A stretch of 63,204 bases of DNA, the filler included, from Vannella sp. (taxonomy: Eukaryota), in the NCBI GenBank assembly GCA_023345925.1. It is 7 parts of 7 records of this genome, joined end to end, with 100 filler letters (N's around TTAATTAATTAA, not from the genome) between each part and the next. Parts side by side here need not be neighbours in the genome. Positions count along the whole stretch, not along the records: positions 1 to 15,677 come from JAJQQN010000942.1; 6 more parts are not named here. The stretch is one strand, 5' to 3'. The notes below the pieces were generated by a model, which did no database searches, was not told the origin of the DNA, and saw only the letters and a list, made by a program, of their open reading frames with translations. Made by a program: the position numbers and the translations under genes. Every line of letters begins with the position of its first letter. Position 1 is the first letter of the stretch. Of the stretch, positions 1 through 9,958 are shown in pieces.

Positions 1-53
1 ATAGGAGAGGGCCTTCGGGAGTTTGCCTGAACATTCATTGATAGCACCCAGTC

Positions 54-2107
54 ATGGGCTTTCTGAGCGATGGACATGCTTTGGAGTGGGAAGAGGCGCA
101 GAAGTATGCCGACTTCATTAGGAGGGAGGGATTGGCTCAGTTCCTGGTGGTTTACGAGCGCGAGAAGAATCGTTGTGGTGACCCGTTCTCTTGGGGGGAC
201 GAGATCGAATACCAAATCCTCGATCTTGATGAGAGCCAGCGGGTGGCTCGCCTTTCACTCCGCTCTTCTGAACTCCTGGTCTTGCTTGGGGAGGATGAGC
301 GCGTCAACAGGTACGTTTTGTTCGTTCCTCGCCCTTCCTTTTTGCTCATCTCTTCTTCCAGTAACCCCAAAACCTGTTGGAGACCAGAGTACGGCTCATT
401 TATGATCGAATCCACTCCTGGTGCGCCTTATGTGGGAGCAAAGGAGGACCTTCTTCGAGTACAGGCTAACATGGAGCTCCGACGGGCACTTGCAAGAGAT
501 CTCTTACGGCCAAGTGAACGCTTGTTATCTTTGACTGCGTATCCGATGATGGGAGTGGGAGCATTCACGACTCCCCCTCCCCCTTCCGACTGGGTTCCTG
601 GAGGGGACGCGTATGCTGCTTCACTGTTCATCCAAGACCAAATCATCAACCCCCATCCTCGTTTTGGTACGCTTTCCGCTAACATCCGCAAACGCAAGAC
701 CTCCACAGTGGACATCAACGTTCCCCTCTTCCGCGATGAGAGGACCCGCGCTCCTCAGTATGGCCCACAGTATGAGACGGATCTACAAGGGGAGCCTGTG
801 CGTCCCCCAGGGGCTCTGCCTGATTGCATCTACATGGATGCGATGGCATTTGGGATGGGATGCTGTTGTTTACAGACCACCTTTCAATGCGCTGACATCA
901 ACGAAGCGCGCCGCCTTTATGACCAGCTCGCTAACCTTTGTCCCATCTTGATGGCTCTCTCTGCGGCGGCGCCTATCTTCAGAGGATATTTGGCGGACAC
1001 GGACGTTCGTTGGAATGTCATCTCCGCAGCTGTCGACGATCGCACCCCAGCAGAGCGTGGAACAGGTGCTGAGGGGTCTTCGAAGTTCGGTTGTGTCCAG
1101 AAGAGCCGATATGATTCAATTAGTCTCTTTATTGCGGAAGGAATCGATGAGGACAAGTACAACGACCTATCTGGTGTTGCCACTAATCCGGAGGCTTATC
1201 AAACGCTCCGCCAGGCTGGTGTGGATCATCTATTGGCTCAGCATTACGCTCACTTGTTCATTCGGGACCCTTTGGTCATTTACGACAATCGCATCGAGTT
1301 GGACGCAGCTTCCGACATGGACCATTTTGAGGTATTTCCTTTTCTCTGCCCTCTTCTCCCTCTTACCGGGAAGGTGTAGAACATTCAATCCACTAATTGG
1401 CAGACTGTCCGCTTCAAGCCCCCGCCGCCTAATTCTGGCATCGGTTGGAGGTGAGGATTGATTGGGATATTGACCCGTTCAATCTCTTCTCTGTAGAAAC
1501 TGACGGATTGTCCAGAGTGGAGTTCCGTTCGATCGAAGCACAACTGACAGAGTTCGAAAATGCGGCATTCGCCGTCTTTGTAATTCTATTCACTCGGGCT
1601 CTTCTGTCCTTCCGACTGAACATGTACATGCCCCTCTCACAGGTTGATGAGAATATGCGACGAGCTCATGCTCGCGATGCTTCTCGGTACCAAAAGTTCT
1701 TTTGGAGAGACTCTTTAAGCACAGAAGGGAACGGCCAGATGGGGGAGTATTCTATCCATGAGATCATGAATGGCACTGCCCAATCACCAGGAGGATTGAT
1801 TGGGTTCGTTCGGCAGTATATTCATTCGGAGATGGGTGAAAGGAGTGATGTTTTGGATCAAGTTTTGGACAAGTATCTCACTTTCCTCAGTAAGCGAGCC
1901 TCTGGCGAATATCTCACCACGGCAGCTTGGATACGCCGGTATGTGGAGGAGCATCCCGAATACCAAAAGGACTCGGTTGTGACCCACGCAATCAACTTTG
2001 ATCTCGTCCGCGCCTGTTCAGAAATCTCTGAAGGATCTCTCGAAGCTGCCAACCTCCTCCCTCCCATCTCCGTTCGCCAAGTGCCAAAAGGGACTTCTCC
2101 CGTCTGA
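54..2107 (+). CDS. GCLC: Glutamate-cysteine ligase catalytic subunit (eukaryotic GCS family), 4 exons
   Basis: Motifs WGDEIEY, WRPEYGSFMIESTPG, IYMDAMAFGMGCCCLQ, SRYDS and HFENIQSTNWQTVRFKPPP..GWRVEFR. GT-AG introns 311-361 (in-frame), 1332-1379 and 1451-1515 restore the conserved sequence. Confidence 0.95.
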
Positions 2108-2257
2108 TCTCCACTCTGGCACTTTCCACTAAACCCTCATTCACTCATTCATTCGATTCGGATTGACGCTTCATCACCAAAAGGATCTTTTCCCGTCCTT
2201 CCGGCATTCTCTCATTCATCGTTCGCTAAAGAGGCCATTCAACTCCAGCCAACTCAT

Positions 2258-3314
2258 TTATACATCATCATAGGTCACCAAACCGCGCTTCGAAGCCGAA
2301 TCGTCGGAGGCCAGGTCTTCAGGTGCCTCTTCTGGTGCCACTTCCTGATTCATATCCCTGTCTGGCAGAATGTCAACTTGGTTTCGAAGTCGAGAACTTC
2401 GATCCTCTGGGCATGGTCAGGAACGGGGAGGGGAGTGTCGATTTGGCACTTACCAAAGCTGTATGTGTTCCCGCTGTTGTAATCGTTACTGAAGGTCCGG
2501 GGTCGGAATTGGGACTTGCTAGAGGGCACTTTGGCAGAAGATACACGAATGGGAGCTCTAAGAAAGGAATCCACCTTGGTGTGAGCTAATCGGCGAAAGT
2601 TATCGGCAACTGATCTCACCCTCGCAGCAGATAGCCATTCATTGTGGCGATAGCGCGATCCGCATGGTCCCGCTGTGTGAATTTAACAAAGCCGTACGGC
2701 TTCTCATTGATGATGCGAGCGGAAAGGATTGGACCAAACGAGGAAAAGGCGTCTTCCAAGTGATATTCCTTCACGTCAGGGCCGATGTCACCCACAAAGA
2801 CAGTACACATAAAGTACTCTTCTCCATCTGCATCTTTGTAGGTCTTGTTGGCCTCCTCCGTGAGAGGGGTCTTCCTTTTCACCCAAAACTCGTCGTCATC
2901 ATCGTCCCCATCACGAGTACCTCGTTTCCTTCGAGAACCTGTACCCAGGAACCCGCTTGTATCAGGTGCGCTCTCTTCCTTCTGCTCCCATCGTCAGAGG
3001 TGAGTCCAACGTCCGATTTCCTTTGGCCCCCCACTCACCGGTGGAACGACGCTTTTCTGCTTCTTGATGATGTCTGGATCTTCTTCTAGAGCTCTCTGTA
3101 AGGCTCCAGGTAGTTTGCGAACGGGCTTGGCTGCATTCTTTGCCTCCTCCATCTCTCTTGTTTGCGCAAGGAGGCGAAGGAGCTCTTCTCGTTTACTATC
3201 CTCACTCGGAGTAGCTACTGACTTCTTCACAATGGTCTTCTCTGGCCCAACTCCACCCTGCTTCTTCCGCAGGAGGGCATACTTCTCCTTGAGGCTGAGC
3301 CCGGCAGTTGACAT
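2258..3314 (-). CDS. RRM protein resembling negative elongation factor E (NELF-E), 4 exons
   Basis: N-terminal helix LKEKYALLRKK, RRM (TVFVGDI..YGFVKF..ADRAIATMNG..IRVS) and C-terminal KRGLVTYDDV-stop. Intron 2982-3038 and two further short introns join three ORF-track pieces plus the last exon. Confidence 0.7.
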
Positions 3315-3541
3315 GAGAAAGTGACACCAGAAAGCCCATTCCGCATCCGATTTTTTTAATGATAAAACCATCCGTATTATTCTGATAGGACCAAGCTGTA
3401 GTTAATCAGCCCACGAAAATGGGAAAGAGTAACGGCCTGGAATGGGGATCGAACAATCAATGGAAGTTTCCACTTTTCGGTCGCTCTGTCCGTCTCCACA
3501 TCTGCTTCTGGCCGGCTTGTTTGCTGCTTCATTGGGTTGGG

Positions 3542-6400
3542 ATGATGGACTTGAACACGTCCATGGCGGAGGGTCCTTCTTCCGCTGAGGAAGAGAGGAT
3601 TGGCTATCACACTCGCTTTCCCAAGCGGGGCTGGGGCTTTCTCATCCCGTTGACGCTGGTGGATGATTTGGAAGTTGCAGTGCGCACAACGATTGGTGTG
3701 GTGGGTTTGGCAGCTCTTTGTCTGTACGAGGATCAGCTGGTGGTGAAGGACGAGTATCCTCTTTGTTTCATGGCCATGGTGGTCGTCTTGGCGCTCTCCC
3801 TCATCCCCTATGCTGGTGGTGTCTTGTCAAGCGGTGCTTCTTTCCTTTGGGGAGCCTTCCTGGGTACGATTGCGGTGATTGTCGTCACAAAGATCCTGGG
3901 AGATGAAATAGAAGACACCCTCGTGCCCTTTCCAGGGCCAATGAAGTGCATTCGACCGCCCATCTTCGTACCAAGCAACACCACATTGCCTGCCAACATC
4001 ACTGTCCCCGTGTTCAACGCTACGCAGATCTTTGTGGACTTGCCAGGGACGTTGGGAGATCCTTCTGCTGTTGGGCTGGGCTTTTTGATTGCCTTTGGAA
4101 CCTTCCTTTTCGTTTTCTTGGGCGAAAGCAAGTTCTTCATCCTCGGCTCTTGCATTGTTTACAATCTCTACTTGGCCACGTGGTACAGTGCCACGCAAGC
4201 GCCTCTTCGTCCCATTCCGGGAATTGATATTTGGTTCCGCCAGACTCGGACAATCTTGCTTGGCGCAGGAGTTGCTTTGGCAGTCTTTCTCATTCCTTTA
4301 CCTCGGATTCTTCCAACTTTCATCCCCCAGCCTCGTTTTGCCTGCTCTGTCATCTTCTTACAACTTGGAAGGGTCAGCAAGCAGTTGGGAAACAACCTAC
4401 AAGACATCTCTCACTTGTACCGATTCATCCACTCCGAATCTGACACCCAAAGCTCTCTTTCTCGTCGGCAAACGAGGGCGATCGCTTGTGGGCGCCTCCT
4501 TCTAATGCAAGCTGTATTAGATAACAGTTTAGATACGCTACGGAAGCTTCTCAAACTGCTCAAATTGGCAGCTCAATATGAACCTTTATGGTTTCCTTTA
4601 CCGATTCCCCACCTGACCACTGTCAATCGCGTGAAAGAGTCCATTCATAGCTTTCAAGCACTCACTATATACCAGGGTGCTATGATACGAGCATTAGAGC
4701 GTTACGTGGAGGCGTCTAATGGCGAAATCTTTCCATCCGTTCCTCCAGATCTTTTGCAATTAATTGACGAGTTTTCTGTCACCGTCCAAGGGCACTTGGG
4801 AGGTTTCCATTATCAAGGAAACCCATTCTTTTGCACCTACGATGTGGAAGAGATCAATTCAAATCTCTCTCAGTACAGTGAGCGTTTCCAGGAGATTGCA
4901 AAGAATCAGTTATCAACACACCCACATGCTAATAGCTCAGGCGACAGAAAGAAAAGGCTGATGAATGCTGGATTCCACACATACTTCTTTTGGAGTCTCC
5001 ACGGAGTCAGTGACTCTATCAAAGAGATTGAAAGGTTGCGAAAGCTTCCTCCCAATCGAGCATTGGGTTTGTTCTTGGTGCTGATTGACTGGCCTCTCCA
5101 CTTGATAGGATGGGTTGTGGAATACATCTTGATGGTAGCAAAAGGACTTTTAGACGTCTTTCACATGGCCCGCTGCAAAAAGGGAGCCCGAGCCAACAGC
5201 TTCATCGAAAAACACTACGCGCGGTTCCTCGGGGCTATTTTAGTCTCTTTGGCTGCTTCTGTGGCTTTCCTTTTCATTCTTATAGACGATTGGCGAACTC
5301 GCCTTCCAACAGCTACAACAGTTATCATTATTACTATTGCAACCATTGACCGGGACCAACCAAGTAGCGGATTCCGCACTGGCATCCTCCGGATGGCAGG
5401 CACCACGTTGGGAGTTGCTGTGGCATTTTGTGTTGTTATCTTCTTCGATAAGACCCCGCTGGATGGCCCTCCCCGATTGGCTCTCATCCTCAGTACAATG
5501 ATATTTTGTTTGATAGGGCGTCTGGTAATGCAGAATCCAAAGTATCTCTTCCTCGCCTACACTTTCGTAATCACTGTCATCATCCTATTCTTCGCAATAA
5601 GCGTTGATTTTAGTACCTTCGTGGCATTCAGTGGTCTGAGAGCGGTCGCTATTGGTATTGGCATTACGATTGCCACTGTTGCCATGGTTCTTTGGCCAAT
5701 TAGTGCCAAGCTGCGTTTGCGGAGGAGAATCTCCTGGGTCATTCGATCTTGCCGGGACCTTGCCATGTCTTCTTTGAGCACTGAGAAGCCCCTCACTCCT
5801 AAGCAGCTCTCAAAAAAGATCGAAAAGATCGAAAAGCTAACATTCAAACAAGAGATTATGCGTCAGAATGCCGAATTGGAGCCAGACATTTTCTCGCATC
5901 CTTTTCCTACTGAAGATTATCTCCAAGTGGCTCGAGCAGAGAAATTCCTCATTCAAGATTGCTACATCCTTGCACAAATACTTTGTTTGGCTCGAAAGAG
6001 CCCCTTTCACAGCTTGGGAACTGAATCTGAACGCGGGGTTGGACATGTTACTGACATTCCCAAAGGGACGCTGGAGCATTTACGAGATTCTTTTATTTCA
6101 GTTGAAAGGCGGATCAAGTTGGCACTAGCAGATCCAGAGCACTCTCAAATGGCTCTAGAGCAGCTGAAAGAGGACTTTTTGGACCATTTACCAGACCCGG
6201 ATCAACTCTATGGAGAAGCCTCTGGACCCTTAGAGACCATCCTCAATTGCGCGCTCTTATTTGGCCTGTTTAATATTCTCCAAGACTTGCAGAAGATGGA
6301 CTACGCAATTACCAGTCTTGTTGCCCGCCAGATAGCAGCGACACCCCCTTCCATCCCAGTTCCACCTCGTTTCTGCTACGACCGATTCCAGAGGGATTAG
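3542..6400 (+). CDS. Multi-pass membrane protein, ALMT/FUSC/aromatic acid exporter-like, with two transmembrane blocks
   Basis: Intronless ORF with two hydrophobic clusters. GFRTGILRMAGTTLGVAVAF and RAVAIGIGITIA..LWPISA match the ALMT/FUSC pattern. The start codon is uncertain (first ATG used). Confidence 0.65.
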   Translation: MMDLNTSMAEGPSSAEEERIGYHTRFPKRGWGFLIPLTLVDDLEVAVRTTIGVVGLAALCLYEDQLVVKDEYPLCFMAMVVVLALSLIPYAGGVLSSGASFLWGAFLGTIAVIVVTKILGDEIEDTLVPFPGPMKCIRPPIFVPSNTTLPANITVPVFNATQIFVDLPGTLGDPSAVGLGFLIAFGTFLFVFLGESKFFILGSCIVYNLYLATWYSATQAPLRPIPGIDIWFRQTRTILLGAGVALAVFLIPLPRILPTFIPQPRFACSVIFLQLGRVSKQLGNNLQDISHLYRFIHSESDTQSSLSRRQTRAIACGRLLLMQAVLDNSLDTLRKLLKLLKLAAQYEPLWFPLPIPHLTTVNRVKESIHSFQALTIYQGAMIRALERYVEASNGEIFPSVPPDLLQLIDEFSVTVQGHLGGFHYQGNPFFCTYDVEEINSNLSQYSERFQEIAKNQLSTHPHANSSGDRKKRLMNAGFHTYFFWSLHGVSDSIKEIERLRKLPPNRALGLFLVLIDWPLHLIGWVVEYILMVAKGLLDVFHMARCKKGARANSFIEKHYARFLGAILVSLAASVAFLFILIDDWRTRLPTATTVIIITIATIDRDQPSSGFRTGILRMAGTTLGVAVAFCVVIFFDKTPLDGPPRLALILSTMIFCLIGRLVMQNPKYLFLAYTFVITVIILFFAISVDFSTFVAFSGLRAVAIGIGITIATVAMVLWPISAKLRLRRRISWVIRSCRDLAMSSLSTEKPLTPKQLSKKIEKIEKLTFKQEIMRQNAELEPDIFSHPFPTEDYLQVARAEKFLIQDCYILAQILCLARKSPFHSLGTESERGVGHVTDIPKGTLEHLRDSFISVERRIKLALADPEHSQMALEQLKEDFLDHLPDPDQLYGEASGPLETILNCALLFGLFNILQDLQKMDYAITSLVARQIAATPPSIPVPPRFCYDRFQRD

Positions 6401-6435
6401 AAGTAGAGATTTATAAACTAGTAACCTTGATTCTT

Positions 6436-7776
6436 TCAAAGCAGTCGACTTTGCACTCCTTTGGAGTCATATTGGACCGCTGCGGGACCAGATACGTTGG
6501 GATTGATATCTCCATTCTGTAACCAGGGGATAGTAGAGCATGAAGCCGCAGCGGGATCCCCAGAAGCTGTCAACATGCCCATCCAATACTCGTTTCCAGG
6601 ATAGGAGTTTCCATCCCAGGCGTACATTGCCACCAACAGCAGTCCATCCGGCAGTGGATCTGCAGGATTCCGTTTCGAGAATTCGATGTGGAGGTGTGGG
6701 TTAGTGGCTTTCTCTTCTTGACCCTCACGACAGTTTCGGAAGGTTTCCGGACAATCAGGTGAGAACCAGCTAAAGTCAACCGTATGAAGAAACGGGAGTT
6801 CCAGTTGCTGCAAGAGATTGGCATAAACTTCCATCATCCAATGGGCCTGGCGCGGTGATTCCTGCCAAACACCCAATCCCAATCCCACCACATGGGCGTA
6901 CACTTGCTGCTGGGCCATCGCTCCCCGCGCATTTGCATCGCACAAGAAGGGCCGAACGACCATCTCCAACCTTCGGCGATAAACGGAGCCGTTCATCAGC
7001 TTCGCCCGACTGGAACCAATTGGAGGGTACAAATCGGGGTGTTCCAGGGCTTCCTGGTACAGAGGGAACCCAAACTCACCATCTTCTAGTCTGCTATCGT
7101 ACAGTTGGGCCCATATCTGAAGTAGCTCGGCCTGCCGAGAGATAAGCCCTGAGTTATGGGCTTTTTGCTGCGCTGCGGAGCCGTATCCGTTTTCGAGAGT
7201 GTTCTGCTCCTCTTGAATGATCATATGCTTCCACTCCATCTCGTTGGGCTTCTCGAAGCGAGCTCCAACAAGGCCACAGTACACTCCACGCGGGGTGAAA
7301 CTACCAGGAGCGCCGACGCGCCCTTGATTGAAGCGTCCTCCCTCATTGATGAAGTGAGAGGGCGTGGACATTCCAATGAGTGCAGCAATGGAGATCTCAT
7401 TGTATGTGAGGAAGTGCTCAAGCGGCAAGCCGCTTGGCCAGCCGCTTCCCCGTTTCCCGTCTGGAAGAAGGAACGTATCGCTGGGGCAGAAGAAGACCAG
7501 CGGTCTTTGGCAAAGGAGCCTGGTTACCAACTTCTCAACGTCCATCTTCTTATAGAGCTTGCGTTCATCAGGAGAACCGTGAACCTGTTGATAAGAGATA
7601 AAGTTCCTCATCAGGACAGTCACCTCCTCACACAGGATCGGTCGAGTTCCCCTCGCATTCTCCTCAACTTCTACTTCAGGAAAGTTGCTGATCTCATTCG
7701 CCGTCGTGGGAAACGAATAAGGCTGCTGCTTTGTCGCTTTCCGAAGTTTCTTGAAGGAGACCGCCGTCTGGCTCAT
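6436..7776 (-). CDS. DUF4804/MavL-like macrodomain, putative ADP-ribose binder or ADP-ribosylhydrolase
   Basis: RPLVF, FINEGGRFNQG, GLVGARFE, VGLGLGVW and YAWDGNSYPGNEYWMGMLTASGDPAAA; intronless 446 aa. Confidence 0.75.
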   Translation of the reverse strand: MSQTAVSFKKLRKATKQQPYSFPTTANEISNFPEVEVEENARGTRPILCEEVTVLMRNFISYQQVHGSPDERKLYKKMDVEKLVTRLLCQRPLVFFCPSDTFLLPDGKRGSGWPSGLPLEHFLTYNEISIAALIGMSTPSHFINEGGRFNQGRVGAPGSFTPRGVYCGLVGARFEKPNEMEWKHMIIQEEQNTLENGYGSAAQQKAHNSGLISRQAELLQIWAQLYDSRLEDGEFGFPLYQEALEHPDLYPPIGSSRAKLMNGSVYRRRLEMVVRPFLCDANARGAMAQQQVYAHVVGLGLGVWQESPRQAHWMMEVYANLLQQLELPFLHTVDFSWFSPDCPETFRNCREGQEEKATNPHLHIEFSKRNPADPLPDGLLLVAMYAWDGNSYPGNEYWMGMLTASGDPAAASCSTIPWLQNGDINPNVSGPAAVQYDSKGVQSRLL

Positions 7777-7872
7777 CGAGACGTCTTCCCAACTAAAAAT
7801 GATAATAATCGAGAAGGGCCCTCAGGAAAGTTTCGTATTCCCAATGATCCACTTTCTCTCTCTCCGAAGCTG

Positions 7873-9656
7873 ATGGCGGACGACCGCGTCATCACCAAGT
7901 CTGGTCGGAGCGTTTCTAGCGACTCTGGTCAAGTAGAGTTTGACCGCAACAACTTTGGACCTCCGGGTGAGACAGGGCTGCATCTGGGAGGGTAGGGCGT
8001 CCACTAACCCTCGTTGGGGATAGATATCGACCCTTCGGAGATCTCGTACATCAAGAAGATTGGTGGTGGTTGCTTTGGAAACGTTTACGAAGGAGAATGC
8101 CGAGGTCTGCGTGTGGCTATCAAGAAGCTCTTTAAGCAAGACTTGAATGAGCGCTCCCTGCAAGAGTTCCGCAAGGAAGTTGAGCTTTGCAGGTGCGTCG
8201 AACCTTCCATTATCTCCTTTTGTTTCAGATGAACATGAGCTCGGACTCACGTTTGGGCGCGCAGCCGTTTGAACCATCCCAACGTTCTCCTCTTCATGGG
8301 CGCTTGCACCCATCCAGGAGAGATGGCCATTGTAACTGAGTTGTGTGAGCGAGGTAACTTGGAGACGCTCCTTCACAACAAGAACTCGCAGCTTTCGCTT
8401 TATCGCCGCATGGTGATGGCCAAAGAGACTGCCATTGGCATGGCCTGGCTTCACGGGGCGGACCCTCAGATCGTCCATCGCGACCTTAAACCAAGCAACT
8501 TGCTAGTGGACAAGCACGGACAAGTGAAAGTGTGCGGTACGAACTGCTCTCTGCCAAGAGGGCTCACCAGCTCACGTTTCCTCTAGATTTCGGTCTTTCT
8601 GCGATTAAGCCTGTTCACGAGAAGCTACAAGATCGTGATACTATCCCTGGTACTCCATTGTGGATGCCACCCGAGGTGATGATGGGACGCCAGGTCGACG
8701 AAAAAGCGGATGTTTACTCGTACGCCATTGTCCTTTGGGAGATTGTGACCCAGCAGATCCCCTTCCCTGAGATGAAGAGCTTCCCCAAGTTTCGACAAGC
8801 TGTGTGCCTCAACAACGAACGGCCTCCCACAAATTCCATCCAGTTGGAGAGCATCCGCGCTCTTCTTGATGATTGTTGGCACAAGGAACCGGCCAAACGG
8901 CCCTCCTTTACTGCTGTAATCACTACTATCGATAGCATTCTCATCGACTGTGCCATTAAGGATGCTGAAGGCCGTCGCTTCTGGGCTGAAGAACACGCGG
9001 GAAAGGAGTTTGCTCTTTTTGAGGAGTTTTTGCCCTCTTTCCTGCGCTACTTCCAATTGAACCCTCCAGAGCCTATCGAATTGGAATGCCTGAAAGCCTT
9101 AGCCGTGACGGAGTATCGTGATAACATCATGAAGCCCGTCGAAGTGGTTCGCATTGAGGACTTTGGAAACCTTTTGGAGAACTTTGGGCCGATTACACTC
9201 TCTAAAGAGCGTAAAGGTGTTGTTGAGGTCACTTCCATCTTTGGTAGGATGTACCGCACGTGCAAACAACCTTGGTTCCATGGAGACATCAGCAAGGTGC
9301 AGGCGGAGAAGCTTCTTCGACCTCAAAGAGCCGGAACTTACTTGATTCGTCTCAGTTCCACGGTTTCAGGGTGCTTTACCATCTCTCGGGTGACTCCTAG
9401 TAAGTCTATCCACCATCATCGCATTGACTACAAGGGTGCGGAGGGATTCTCCACCAAGTCTATTGTGACCCGAGGCCAAGTCATTTCTGCTCCCAACAAG
9501 TCCTTGAGATCTTTCATCAGCCTCCTCAAGGATGACATGCACCTTGAACACGCTTGTCCCGGTTCCAAGTTCCGTGTTCTGTTTGCCAAGCCTGTCGTTG
9601 TGGAGGAGGGCGAAGGAGCTTACGAGATTGATGACAACGAAGACTTCTTCGTTTAG
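7873..9656 (+). CDS. Tyrosine-kinase-like kinase with C-terminal SH2 domain (Dictyostelium Shk family), 4 exons
   Basis: GGGCFGNVY, VAIK, HRDLKPSN, DFG formed across intron 8537-8586, and GTPLWMPPE. The SH2 reads WFHGDISK..YLIRLS. Other introns are 7967-8023 and 8193-8264. Confidence 0.9.
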
Positions 9657-9958
9657 TGGCTCATCCACAAGCTAATGAATACTGCTTAGTACACTTCCCT
9701 GGGGCTTCGAAGGGGTCCAAGGATAGAAAAGGAGGGCAACCAAAGAGTAAACCCGGAAATCTTGAAGATGCAACATTCTCCGCTGGCGGAATTTTCCTCC
9801 TTTCAATTCACCCAATTTCATGTATCCTAAATAATTAAATTAAAATTATGTCTAATCTTCTTCGAAAATACCAGGTGCCAGGTTCCGCCAGTCCTGACCA
9901 ATCAAACCATTCCCTCTAACAGCGCCCATGTTTGTTCATTTGTTTTTGCTCTTCACCG

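Noticed and set aside
7156..8478. 279-aa and 218-aa overlapping ORFs
   Set aside because: They are antisense shadows of the DUF4804 and kinase genes; only the last codons of the first coincide with kinase exon 1.
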